Part shown: piece after piece, positions 1-9,591 of the stretch
Layout of the letters: each line of letters begins with the position of its first letter
Position numbering within the stretch: position 1 is the first letter of the stretch
IMG/VR virus record: IMGVR_UViG_2862035965_000001
Origin: a virus
Taxonomy: Duplodnaviria > Heunggongvirae > Uroviricota > Caudoviricetes
Reading direction: 5' to 3' (one strand)
Length of the DNA: 46,081 nucleotides
The notes under the pieces: model-generated
Told to the model about the DNA's origin: nothing
The model's input: only the letters and a program-made list of their open reading frames with translations
The model's database searches: none
Position numbers and translations under genes: made by a program

Positions 1-368
1 GGCACCACAATCATCGACACAATCAACGCAATAGTCGTCACCGACGACAACACCGAGCCTGTACCCGCCAGCATTGCGCCTGCACGTGCGGTGATCATGC
101 CACCTGTAGCAGCAGAGATACCAGTACCGGCAGACAGGGCAAGCCCCATCATTCGTGTCCACAGGTTTTTAGCCAAATTACCCATAGAGCGAGCACCATT
201 GGCTGCAAGTGCTGCAGTACCAAAACCTACACGTAGTGCACCATAACCTAAGCCTTGTGCAGCTGAGCGGGTCTTATCTTTTGCTTCATCAACAAACCCT
301 GAGCCTCCCGAGTCACCATTATCAGGTGCATCGGGGGCATCATTTGGTTCTATAAAATCATTAGCCAC
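1..368 (-). CDS. 5' part of a membrane-anchored protein (runs off the window edge); next gene of the putative transfer cluster
   Basis: Read manually: GTG at 368, open to position 1 (MANDFIEPNDAPDAPDNGDSGG...TTIALIVSMIVV). Gly/Ala-rich, then a hydrophobic segment. Starts 28 bp after the upstream stop. Confidence 0.75.
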   Translation of the reverse strand, partial: MANDFIEPNDAPDAPDNGDSGGSGFVDEAKDKTRSAAQGLGYGALRVGFGTAALAANGARSMGNLAKNLWTRMMGLALSAGTGISAATGGMITARAGAMLAGTGSVLSSVTTIALIVSMIVV

Positions 369-396
369 AATGCACTCTCACAATCAATAAAAAAAT

Positions 397-1860
397 CTAG
401 AAACGGAATTCAACAGCGTCGGAACCTTGGGCAACCTGAGTATTTTCCACGGCCTGATCAAGCTGTGTTTCCGAGATCAACAGTTGTTGCAAAAGTTGTC
501 GCTGGTAGCGCTGCTTTTCGTTGAAGTAGTCCTGGTATGCCTGTGCCAGATTGTTTTTCAGATCAATGAGCGGCTTTGCGCCTTCACTGAGCACATGATC
601 TTCTAGGCGATCGCCATTGCTTAAGACCCACTCCATCTGGGTGGCATTCCACGTCTCTTTGGTTTGGTAAGCGTGATCAGTAATCCAGTCCATCGCGTCT
701 TGTCCACCTGGAATAACACTGTCTAGATAACCGTCCAGTGTGGTGCGATTACGCCAATCAAAGTCATAACCGCCACCAAAAATATGATCGGTGACCAGGC
801 GGTATGAATTGTATTGATAGCCCTCACTCATCAGATTATCCAGCGACGCAGCCATGAACGTCTTGTCCTCCCAACCTGGGACAGATTTCCCGGTGGGGTC
901 CTCAGCGAGCTGCTTGGTAACATCGACACTTGCCAAACCTTCGATACGATCGCCGCGAATTGACTCATGCGGAATAGGCTCAATCAGCGACACGCGCTCA
1001 CCCATAATGGTCGCGCTCGTAACGCCGAGCGCCTCCTTGTAATTCTCGATGCGACCAAGCAGTGCGTTCATACGTGAAAGTGACGTATCTAGTGCCTGTC
1101 GGTGACCCACCTCCGTATCTGTCATAGAGGTCTGCCAATACAACGCACGGAGATCAATCTGTTCGTCATTTAATGCCGGCAACGTCGCCAAAGTCTCTGC
1201 CGCTGGATTGAGCATGATGCGCCACTGGTCATGATCAATAAAGGAATCGTCATAGCCTTGAGCCTTCATATTCTCCGAGGTCAAGTTTGTACTATCGACT
1301 TCGACAAGCTCTTTCTTTGCACGCATTGTGATGTTGAGAACCTGCATATCAAAGCCCTCGGGGGCCTCAAGCATGAGCCCAATTCGACCATCACCAAAGC
1401 TATAAATGGAACCCACAGTTGCTTGAGAGACATCTGCTGCTTTGGGACTGGTGCCAAGGTCTTTCACACCGGTGACATAGGCAAAATAATCCTCAGCATT
1501 AGTGGACATATTGGCGGGAACAGCAAACTTAATAACAGCAAAAGCCCGTGTGCCCTCTACATTTTTCCAAAAGCCTGCGAGCTCGCTGACTTGGTTGGTT
1601 CGTGATGATCGAAACTCGACGTTGTACGTAGCTGTTTGAGAAAAATCAATGTTGCCGGCCTGCACTGCGTAAACAATTGTGCTGCCAAAAAGCAGTGACC
1701 CTGATACCACTGCTGCACCCGAAATAAGTGCTACCCGCTCGATCGTGTAGTGCTGCCCTAAACGAAAGCGACTGACAATACGATCGACTTTCTTCTGCAT
1801 ACCCTCTTTATTTGATGATGACTTTTTCTGCTTTGTTTTTCTCTGCACAGTATTTGTCAT
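397..1860 (-). CDS. Bitopic membrane protein with a large extracytoplasmic domain, putative conjugation component
   Basis: Long ORF (TTG at 1887, or ATG at 1860 with a better RBS). Basic N-terminus and a single TM segment (VALISGAAVVSGSLLFGSTIVYAV). Function inferred from context only. Confidence 0.8.
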   Translation of the reverse strand: MTNTVQRKTKQKKSSSNKEGMQKKVDRIVSRFRLGQHYTIERVALISGAAVVSGSLLFGSTIVYAVQAGNIDFSQTATYNVEFRSSRTNQVSELAGFWKNVEGTRAFAVIKFAVPANMSTNAEDYFAYVTGVKDLGTSPKAADVSQATVGSIYSFGDGRIGLMLEAPEGFDMQVLNITMRAKKELVEVDSTNLTSENMKAQGYDDSFIDHDQWRIMLNPAAETLATLPALNDEQIDLRALYWQTSMTDTEVGHRQALDTSLSRMNALLGRIENYKEALGVTSATIMGERVSLIEPIPHESIRGDRIEGLASVDVTKQLAEDPTGKSVPGWEDKTFMAASLDNLMSEGYQYNSYRLVTDHIFGGGYDFDWRNRTTLDGYLDSVIPGGQDAMDWITDHAYQTKETWNATQMEWVLSNGDRLEDHVLSEGAKPLIDLKNNLAQAYQDYFNEKQRYQRQLLQQLLISETQLDQAVENTQVAQGSDAVEFRF

Positions 1861-1982
1861 AGCTCTACCCCATTTCTTTAATGACAAACTTATTTTAACT
1901 ATTTAAAGACTAATTAAATTTAACACAATTAAATAAACAAACATACTGCATTATTTAACTCAACTAACGCCCCCAAAACATA

Positions 1983-2022
1983 CAAAAAGCACACCCTCAG
2001 ACATCTGAGAATGTGCTTTTTG
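1983..2022. terminator. Intrinsic terminator
   Basis: CAAAAAGCACA...TGTGCTTTTTG inverted repeat just downstream of the 2037 stop. Confidence 0.65.
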
Positions 2023-2036
2023 CGTGGCGCTAGATC

Positions 2037-2396
2037 TTAGCCACCTGTACCGAAACCGGTAACCGTATCGCCTGCACCAGACGCAAAGTTCAGCGCAAGT
2101 GTGATACCACCAACTAGGAACGCACCACCGACAATGATGAGCAAAATAGTGGTGAACCACTGAATCTGCTGACCACTCTGACCACCGAAGAGCTTGCGCA
2201 TCACGTTGACAAAGCCCCAAATCACAGCAGCACCACCAACAAGTGCCAGCAGCGAACCACCAATAATCATGAGGTAGTCAGTCGAGTTTTCAAGGAACGA
2301 CTGTAGATCCCAACTCTCACCCGTGGTGTACTGATCAGCACCATCCCAACCGGTGCCACCCTGTGCAACATAACTAACATTTCCAGGAATTGACAT
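2037..2396 (-). CDS. Small two-TM protein, TrbC/VirB2 (pilin-like) candidate
   Basis: ~119 aa from ATG 2396 with RBS. Two Gly-rich hydrophobic helices separated by a short basic/polar loop. Adjacent to the VirB6-like gene. Confidence 0.65.
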   Translation of the reverse strand: MSIPGNVSYVAQGGTGWDGADQYTTGESWDLQSFLENSTDYLMIIGGSLLALVGGAAVIWGFVNVMRKLFGGQSGQQIQWFTTILLIIVGGAFLVGGITLALNFASGAGDTVTGFGTGG

Positions 2397-2570
2397 ATTC
2401 ACCCTACTTTCCACACTGTTCCCATAAGTAATAAACAACTTTTGTTACCAACCAATAATTTAGTCTGTTTCTTAATGGGTTTCAATTCCTTAAAACATTT
2501 ATTACTTAAATAATCCTTAATATCTAACGGTCCCAGAAGAGAAGCAAAATACACCCTAATAAGACACAGG

Positions 2571-2608
2571 GAAACCCCTGAGAAACATCAATGTTTCTCA
2601 GGGGTTTC
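2571..2608. terminator. Intrinsic terminator
   Basis: GAAACCCCTGAGAAACAT / ATGTTTCTCAGGGGTTTC perfect inverted repeat. Confidence 0.8.
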
Positions 2609-2635
2609 TTTACTTACTTAGTGGCTACCGGCTCA

Positions 2636-5600
2636 TTACTGCTTCGAGCCAGTGTCACCGCCCTGTGGCTGTGACCCCTGATCACCGTGATCAGTCTTTT
2701 TTGCCTGCTGCTGTGTCTCGTTGCCGCCCATGCTTGCCATGCGGCTGCTTACCGCAGCTGATCGCATCGCTGCGTTCATCGCCTGACTGGTCGCAGAAGG
2801 CTTCTGGCTTCGCTGTCCACGAATGCCATTCTTGGCACTGACACCGCTACGCTGTGCACCTCCGCCGCCTTGGGTTGCTCCACCACGACCACCAGTGCGT
2901 CCGCTACCACCCATCGCGTCACGAACATTAGCACCCATCTGACCAGGCTGTCCGAAGCCTCGAACAGCTTGTGATGCCAGCGAGCCTGCGACGTTCGCAC
3001 CCATAATCTGAGCTGATGACGGAGTACTTGTATTCGCTGTGTGTGCAGTATTGGCCTGGTTGTTCTGCACAAATGCCTGCGCATGTCCAGACTCTTGGTA
3101 GTGAGCCTGACCAGGTGCTACAGGTCCATGTGATGCGTTAACCACATGAGCAGCACCTGTAGAACCGGCAGCACCACCAGAAACAGCGTTACTGATAAAT
3201 CCAGCACCTGTCGCAGCGTTACCCATTGCGCTTGAGACAGTGCCTGCGCCTTGTGCTGCGGAACTTGCTGCGCCCGCTGCACCGATCACACCTGCAACAC
3301 CCGCAATGCCGGCTGCACCTTGTGCCATCTGACCAAAGCTTGCGCCAGAGGTACCTGCATCAGCATTAGTCACTGCATTCTGGATCTGACCAGGAACCTG
3401 TGACAAGTGCTGTGCCGCCTCAGTGAACTTACCGGCCACATCAACACCACCCATACCACCTGCTGCATAAGCACTGTTTACACTGTCGCCAACCTGCTGA
3501 CCCATGGACGCCAGCTGAGTATTCAGTGCCGAGCCAGAAAGATCACCAAGCTGCTTACCAGCCTTTCCAACCGGTGCTTCAGTGGCCTGAGCATTAAGCG
3601 GCTCGACGCCACCGAGAGAACTAGCTGGTGCAAGACCCTGGGATGCTGCAACCTGAAGCGCTGCATCATTCACAGCCTGATCTGAACTCGACACAGACCC
3701 ACCAGCGAGAGCACCCACTGGGGCACCACCCTGCAGCGCAGCCTCGCTCATATTCAGACCTGCACCAGAACCTGTCGCACTGTAATCAGCACCAGTGGTA
3801 CCAACCGCACCCACAGCGCCAGAGACCTCTGCGCCGTAAGTGTCTGGAATCTTTGACAGACCAGACTCAGTGACACTGCTTGCCAGGGACTGATCATCCA
3901 TGACATCAGCTGCCGTGGTAATGCCACTCGACTTCACACCAGATTTCTCCATCATGGTTCCTGACGAGCTCAGACCAGCCATCTTCGTCTCAGCTTCAGC
4001 AGCGCTCATTGGTGTGCCATCAGCATGAAGCGGGTTGCCCTGTGCATCGACGATCGCACCCTCACCGTCGAGGGTGGTTCCATCAGCACTGTACGCAGCA
4101 TTGCTAAATGATGCCTGACCAGAGCCACCAACAGCACCGTCAACGAAATCAGCACTAGCATCCGCAGAAGCGGTTGTATCGCCATCTGCTACATAGTCAC
4201 CATCGACCGTTCCTGAAGCAGAACCAGCTGTCGCATCGGCATCAACAGTAGCGTCGCCACCTGCTGCAAACGAGCCATCGCCGTCGCCGTCCATAATGCC
4301 CTCAGCTGCTTGATCAATGCCTTCCTTGGCGAGCCATCCAGCACCTGCAGCACCACCAACAATTCCAGCAGTAGCCAAACCGGTCTTAGCAAAGTCACCG
4401 AGCTTGCTTGAGCCAGATCCACCACCGTCAGCGCCGCCGCCTGAGCCAGAACCTGAATCAGATCCGCCATCATCACTACGAAGTAGTGCATGGGTGGCGC
4501 CAATACCGACACCAGTCGCAGCAGCACGACGCATCATGCCGTCACCAGAGGTAGCACCCGCAGAAGAAACCTGCGTATCGAGGAACCGGTTAACAACAGA
4601 GGTCACAGCCTCATCAACGCCAGATACCAGGGAGCTACGCACCTTCATCGCGATGATAGTGAAGACGATGACACCGAGCGAAGAGATCACCGTAATAACC
4701 AACGCTGCAACAGCCATGTTATTCGAGGCGCTCAAAGCCAAGCCAACAAGACCCATACCACCAGCAACCACCGCATCAGATTCAACATCACGAAGTGTCG
4801 ATGCCAAAGGTTGCTCAAAAAGCGCCGGCACGGTCATGAGGAACTTGGTGATCAACTGGTACAAGAAAATGGTACCGATAATCTCAATGAACATCGCCAC
4901 TGTGTACACAATGACCTTAGCGACACCGGCGATAAAGCCCATGGCTGCGAAAGGAACAGCGCCAATCAACGAAATAGAACGTCGAATCGAGTTAAACAGC
5001 ATTGCTCCGGCATAACCGATACCAATAACAATAAAGCTACCCATGAGCGAGATCGCAGAGAACCAGTACACGATAGACATTGCACCAGTGCCGATGAGAT
5101 TCACCGAGTTATGGGACGCACGTGAATAGGTGGAGGTTGATGTCGAGGCCGAGTAGACACCGGCGTCAGCAGGGTTGAAGGAGGTGTTGAGGTAGTTATA
5201 CATCGTCAGCGGGGACAAGTTGCAATAACTGCGGTAGTCACCATCGAGAGCTGCGCCTAGATCACCTGGCAAGCCACCAACTAAGCCACCAAAAAGATCA
5301 TCCCAAATTCCGCCAAGTCCACTCGCCGTAGAAACAACAGAATTAGTGCAACGTACAGTCGGATCAAGTGTCCTAAATCCGATTCCGCTATCACTGATCT
5401 GCGCACTTGCCAAGCCAGCCGAGTCATGAACCGCTAGCAGTGGATTTTTCGCCTCAGCAATGTCCTCTGCAGTCTTTTCCTTAATGGACGACTCAGTATT
5501 GTAATCGGTCACCCACGCCATCACATCTGACGCAGAAGTTGGATCATCCTTCGCCAAGTCCTCCATAGCACTTCGAATCGAAGTCTCAAAGCTACCCGAA

Positions 5601-7261
5601 GAGAGGCTCTCATTTTCAATATAACGAGTAAGCATATCCACAGTACGGCCAAAAATAGTCGTTGCTGAGTTTTGTGCAGCTGCGCCACCACCACCAACGA
5701 TATTATTCATCTCCGAGGACTTAGGGTTAGACATCTTTGACATCCAGCCTGCATCTTCACCGTTTTGGAACTCTAAATCAATCGCTGCACCAGGTTCTTT
5801 AAAAGCACTGAAATAATAATTTGAGTTCGCATTAATTTCCAATGTTGTATTCCGTACCGTCCGCAATGATTGACCTGTCGGCGCCTGCTCATCCAGATCC
5901 CATGAGATCACATTGGCATTACCTACCTTCGACGGGATCTGTAAACGTGTATTCTCTGCCCACGACTGGAAATCAACATAGGTGGACAACACGATTTTTG
6001 TCGCGTTTGATCCCGCACCGGTCGAGCTACCAGCGCTCAACAAAGAATCGAGCGCGCCGGTGTAGGTCACACCAAGAAGTGGCAACCCAACAACACCATA
6101 AATAACCCGGATCGCGACCTTTTTAATTGCCGAACCCTTATCCATGCGGCGCATCATGAGAATACCCATCATGGTCAGGCCAAGTGAGACCGGGATAACC
6201 ACAAGCCAACCAATGCTGACAGCCCAGTTATAGATCTGGGTAAAGAAGCTCGTCATGCCTTCAAATGGAGTACCTGCTGCGGTCTGTCCGCCTGCCATAC
6301 CCTCAGTGAAAGTGGCATTAGTGTTCTGTGACGCCGGCGTCACAAGAAGGCGGAAGGGGTTAATAGTCGTCAAAACCTTTAGTACAGAGTTAAAGACAAG
6401 ATCAATACCACCAGAAATCATGTACACAGCCATGATCGAGTAACCCATACCTTTACGCTGCGCCATATCAGTCGCAGAGTCTTGCGCTGCAGAACCATCG
6501 AGACCTAAGCCACTGAGTGTCGCGCCAAACAACGCATATTGGTAAGGACCCTTGTACGAATGCGTAGCCAAAGAGTCATAAGAATATGTCTTCTGGTTAT
6601 TCGCATCACCAACACCGAAGAACCAACCAGAGTCTTCATTGTGCTTCGGATCTGAATAACCCAGCACGTCACCGCCATTAGCAGCCTTATTAAGAACACC
6701 ACCCCACGCGCCAAGGCCAGCGTCCTCTACATCAGTGAACTCATTACCGTCACCTTCTTCAATACCTGCAGTTGCTGCACGGCCATTGGAGTAGAAGGAC
6801 GCCATAGCAGAGGCCATGCGGTACATCGAGTAATCAGGCGCCTTGTCAAGGTTCTCCTCTTTGCGTGTTTCTTCGTTTTTTGCATCATAGAAACACTTAA
6901 GAACATCGTCAGCAGCCAAGCATTTCTCCACTATGTGAAGCTCGCCGAGATTCTCAGTAATGCACTTGAGCAACATTTCCGTGTCACCGTCACTGGGACA
7001 GATCGCTTCAAAAGCAACCTCGCCCATAGCACCAACGACCTGCGCGATAATTGCCGACGCAAAAGCGTCAGCCTCGCGCTCTTTGTTGCCAAATGCACCA
7101 AAACTAAAGCCCATGGCGACAATAAGTGTCAGCACAGCAACTATCACCCGGCGTTGCCAGGTTTTCCGCTGATGCTGCGCACGATCCATGCGTGCAATTT
7201 CTGCATCTACATCCAGACCATTGAGCTGAATGGTTTTTTGATCCAAGACCGCTGTGGTCAC
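2636..7261 (-). CDS. Giant polytopic membrane protein, VirB6-like, with a long Gly/Ala/Ser/Gln-rich C-terminal tail
   Basis: 1541 aa. An N-terminal TM, two clusters of hydrophobic helices separated by a large loop, and a ~600 aa low-complexity tail. This architecture is typical of extended Gram-positive VirB6-like proteins. Confidence 0.7.
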   Translation of the reverse strand: MTTAVLDQKTIQLNGLDVDAEIARMDRAQHQRKTWQRRVIVAVLTLIVAMGFSFGAFGNKEREADAFASAIIAQVVGAMGEVAFEAICPSDGDTEMLLKCITENLGELHIVEKCLAADDVLKCFYDAKNEETRKEENLDKAPDYSMYRMASAMASFYSNGRAATAGIEEGDGNEFTDVEDAGLGAWGGVLNKAANGGDVLGYSDPKHNEDSGWFFGVGDANNQKTYSYDSLATHSYKGPYQYALFGATLSGLGLDGSAAQDSATDMAQRKGMGYSIMAVYMISGGIDLVFNSVLKVLTTINPFRLLVTPASQNTNATFTEGMAGGQTAAGTPFEGMTSFFTQIYNWAVSIGWLVVIPVSLGLTMMGILMMRRMDKGSAIKKVAIRVIYGVVGLPLLGVTYTGALDSLLSAGSSTGAGSNATKIVLSTYVDFQSWAENTRLQIPSKVGNANVISWDLDEQAPTGQSLRTVRNTTLEINANSNYYFSAFKEPGAAIDLEFQNGEDAGWMSKMSNPKSSEMNNIVGGGGAAAQNSATTIFGRTVDMLTRYIENESLSSGSFETSIRSAMEDLAKDDPTSASDVMAWVTDYNTESSIKEKTAEDIAEAKNPLLAVHDSAGLASAQISDSGIGFRTLDPTVRCTNSVVSTASGLGGIWDDLFGGLVGGLPGDLGAALDGDYRSYCNLSPLTMYNYLNTSFNPADAGVYSASTSTSTYSRASHNSVNLIGTGAMSIVYWFSAISLMGSFIVIGIGYAGAMLFNSIRRSISLIGAVPFAAMGFIAGVAKVIVYTVAMFIEIIGTIFLYQLITKFLMTVPALFEQPLASTLRDVESDAVVAGGMGLVGLALSASNNMAVAALVITVISSLGVIVFTIIAMKVRSSLVSGVDEAVTSVVNRFLDTQVSSAGATSGDGMMRRAAATGVGIGATHALLRSDDGGSDSGSGSGGGADGGGSGSSKLGDFAKTGLATAGIVGGAAGAGWLAKEGIDQAAEGIMDGDGDGSFAAGGDATVDADATAGSASGTVDGDYVADGDTTASADASADFVDGAVGGSGQASFSNAAYSADGTTLDGEGAIVDAQGNPLHADGTPMSAAEAETKMAGLSSSGTMMEKSGVKSSGITTAADVMDDQSLASSVTESGLSKIPDTYGAEVSGAVGAVGTTGADYSATGSGAGLNMSEAALQGGAPVGALAGGSVSSSDQAVNDAALQVAASQGLAPASSLGGVEPLNAQATEAPVGKAGKQLGDLSGSALNTQLASMGQQVGDSVNSAYAAGGMGGVDVAGKFTEAAQHLSQVPGQIQNAVTNADAGTSGASFGQMAQGAAGIAGVAGVIGAAGAASSAAQGAGTVSSAMGNAATGAGFISNAVSGGAAGSTGAAHVVNASHGPVAPGQAHYQESGHAQAFVQNNQANTAHTANTSTPSSAQIMGANVAGSLASQAVRGFGQPGQMGANVRDAMGGSGRTGGRGGATQGGGGAQRSGVSAKNGIRGQRSQKPSATSQAMNAAMRSAAVSSRMASMGGNETQQQAKKTDHGDQGSQPQGGDTGSKQ

Positions 7262-7441
7262 TTGCCCGCCACCCCCTCAATATTCGTTTTAAACAATTGC
7301 TTAAAAAGTTTCATTAATCCCCAATTCAAAGTTACTTTAGAATGGAATATAGAAACTTTAACACATTAAAATTGAATATTAAATGTTGTTTAAAGTCGAA
7401 ATTGTGAATCCAGAATGACAGATATTTCCAGCTCACGACAC

Positions 7442-7477
7442 AAAAACACCCTGTGCAGATTTAGCACAGGGTGTTTT
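7442..7477. terminator. Intrinsic terminator
   Basis: AAAAACACCCTGTGC...GCACAGGGTGTTTTT. Confidence 0.8.
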
Positions 7478-7492
7478 TTATTCTAACGGGAC

Positions 7493-8314
7493 TTAATTCT
7501 CACGTTCATAAAGAATTGGGCTTGATGGAACACCGTCAAAGAGTAGCCCGTAGCAAGTCTCGTCCGTACAGGTGACCCGAGAGAGCGACGAATCTATCTG
7601 AGCTTGTGTGAACCCATCTGCCAGAAGTTCCTTCGTCATATCCGAGGTGAACTCATCTAAATCATAACCATTTGAGAACATTGAGTTGCTCACCTCATAG
7701 GCCACAAGGTAATCGGCACCAGCTTGGAACTCATCGCTGAAAATCTCAACCGCTTTCTCCGCAGCAGAGTAACTAAAGCCCTTAGTAACCGCCTTATCTA
7801 CCGCGCCTTTAGGTGAAGTAACATCGGCAATATCCTTGACATACAGACCAAGCATCGTGGAGAAGTCAACGTTATCGGCTACATAGTCGCTCACTTCTGA
7901 ATCGTAGTCGCTAGCAAGCTTCGCTACTGCTTCAGGCCCCTTGGCATCGTCCAAACCCGTGCCATAAATCTGCTTCAGCACCACCTTGACACCATCTTCA
8001 TTGTCTGCCCCAGCACCCATAGCAGCAATAGCAATGAGCTTCGATGAGACATGTCCATCAAAACGGTTGAGCGCTTCGAACGCAAGCGCAGACATACCCT
8101 CGCTGTCTGCACGAGCCTCTGCCTCAGTTGCGTCCTTGATGGTGTCAGCGGTGTACTTCGCAGACACAGAGCTATCAGAAGAGCCTGAATCACTGCTGCT
8201 TGAGGCAGATCCTGTACTGTCAGCGCCGTCAGCATCACCAGAGCAAGCTGCTAAGCCAAACATCAGCGTACTGACAGCCAGTACGGACAGGGCTTTAGTC
8301 TTAAACTTTTTCAT
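7493..8314 (-). CDS. Lipoprotein with Ser-rich linker and Ltp-like helical repeats
   Basis: Signal peptide with lipobox LAAC, then a Ser-rich linker. Repeats GFSYSAAEKAV and GFTQAQIDSSL resemble the Ltp lipoprotein repeat. Confidence 0.8.
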   Translation of the reverse strand: MKKFKTKALSVLAVSTLMFGLAACSGDADGADSTGSASSSSDSGSSDSSVSAKYTADTIKDATEAEARADSEGMSALAFEALNRFDGHVSSKLIAIAAMGAGADNEDGVKVVLKQIYGTGLDDAKGPEAVAKLASDYDSEVSDYVADNVDFSTMLGLYVKDIADVTSPKGAVDKAVTKGFSYSAAEKAVEIFSDEFQAGADYLVAYEVSNSMFSNGYDLDEFTSDMTKELLADGFTQAQIDSSLSRVTCTDETCYGLLFDGVPSSPILYEREN

Positions 8315-8557
8315 GAGGAGTCAACTTTCTTTTATCAACGTTTGTTATGGTCATCTGCCACAATCGCTGTAGAAGTCTCCCCCTTGTGCACCTATGGCTT
8401 TTAGTATTTATAACCCAAACCATATTATTTCTTGCAACAGCGTGCAAGATCTACACAGCTCTATACCCCCGATCCCAGCGGTAAATCGCCACCACAAAAG
8501 CAAACACCGGCTCCACGTAATGCGAGAGCCGGGTAGCGCTTAAGTCTCAAGCAAAGA

Positions 8558-9397
8558 TCAAGAACTCAGAGACGATCCGGCAGGACGAATGACATCCACA
8601 GGTTCAGGCTGATCCGTCACCTCGATGGAATAAGAGGCCGTCGCATATGTGCCGTCTGGATAAATTAATTCTACAGCAAACCATAGTTGACCAGTACGAT
8701 CTTCCGATGCTGTGAAAGTAAGCTCACCGGTTTTCTCATCAATAACGACAATTGCACCCATCAACTCCGCATTGTCAATTGATCCATAACGATCACGAAC
8801 AACCTTAGATCCCTGTGGGACTCCGCCAATCGCTCCTGTACCGTCCATCACCCTCAATGGAATCTTAATAGTCTGCCCTTTACGCACCCTCGGAATCTCT
8901 TCACTCTGGATGCTGTAATAAATATCATCTGCCACAGTGATCACTGAATGTGGTGTCACTATGTCACTAGAACCATCGGGGTAGATAGCCTTGACCGTCA
9001 CTCGGTCAATGTAGGATCTGGTCATTTTTCCGGGGATAAAATAAATGACCTCTGAGCCAGCAAGAGTATGCCGAATCATACCTGTTCGTGAATCTACCCG
9101 AGAAGCAAGCAAACCATCATCAATGACATTGGTGAACGTATCACCATCAAGAACAAATTGAGTTCCTTCGGGTAATTCAGCGGAATTCTCAACGAACTGA
9201 AAAGCTGTGTTAGACAAACCCGTAGTATCCCACGGCGTACCAAGACGCGTTTCTAAGGGCTCATACTGTGGCTCATACTGAGCTGCCATAGATACATTGT
9301 CTTGTGCATTCGCAGCACCCGTGCCATTAACCGTTGCTCCGAATAGCAACGAACATGACAGTGCGACAGTGACCAACGTGCGTGAGCGTACCAACAT
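8558..9397 (-). CDS. Secreted protein with two Rib/alpha-like (YPDG) domains
   Basis: Sec signal (ANA-Q). Two YPDG motifs (KAIYPDGSSD, ELIYPDGTYA). C-terminus GSSLSS. Confidence 0.8.
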   Translation of the reverse strand: MLVRSRTLVTVALSCSLLFGATVNGTGAANAQDNVSMAAQYEPQYEPLETRLGTPWDTTGLSNTAFQFVENSAELPEGTQFVLDGDTFTNVIDDGLLASRVDSRTGMIRHTLAGSEVIYFIPGKMTRSYIDRVTVKAIYPDGSSDIVTPHSVITVADDIYYSIQSEEIPRVRKGQTIKIPLRVMDGTGAIGGVPQGSKVVRDRYGSIDNAELMGAIVVIDEKTGELTFTASEDRTGQLWFAVELIYPDGTYATASYSIEVTDQPEPVDVIRPAGSSLSS

Positions 9398-9532
9398 ACT
9401 TCTACACCACTTTCCAAATCAGAACTACTCTTTGCTCACTCATAATATAGGGACAGGATGCCCCAATATCTTTATGGTATCGAACTGATCCCCTTTCAGA
9501 AGCGTCTGCTGATCTGTTTTTTGTACGACACA

Positions 9533-9570
9533 AGAAAACACCGCCTCGATAATTCAAGACGGTGTTTTTT
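9533..9570. terminator. Intrinsic terminator
   Basis: AAAAACACCG...CGGTGTTTTT inverted repeat downstream of the 9592 stop. Confidence 0.7.
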
Positions 9571-9591
9571 CCTCACCATGGTGACCAACAA

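Noticed and set aside
2636-7261. Phage tape-measure protein
   Set aside because: Although long and Ala/Gly-rich, it has many TM helices with large loops, no neighbouring tail genes, and a conjugation-like context.
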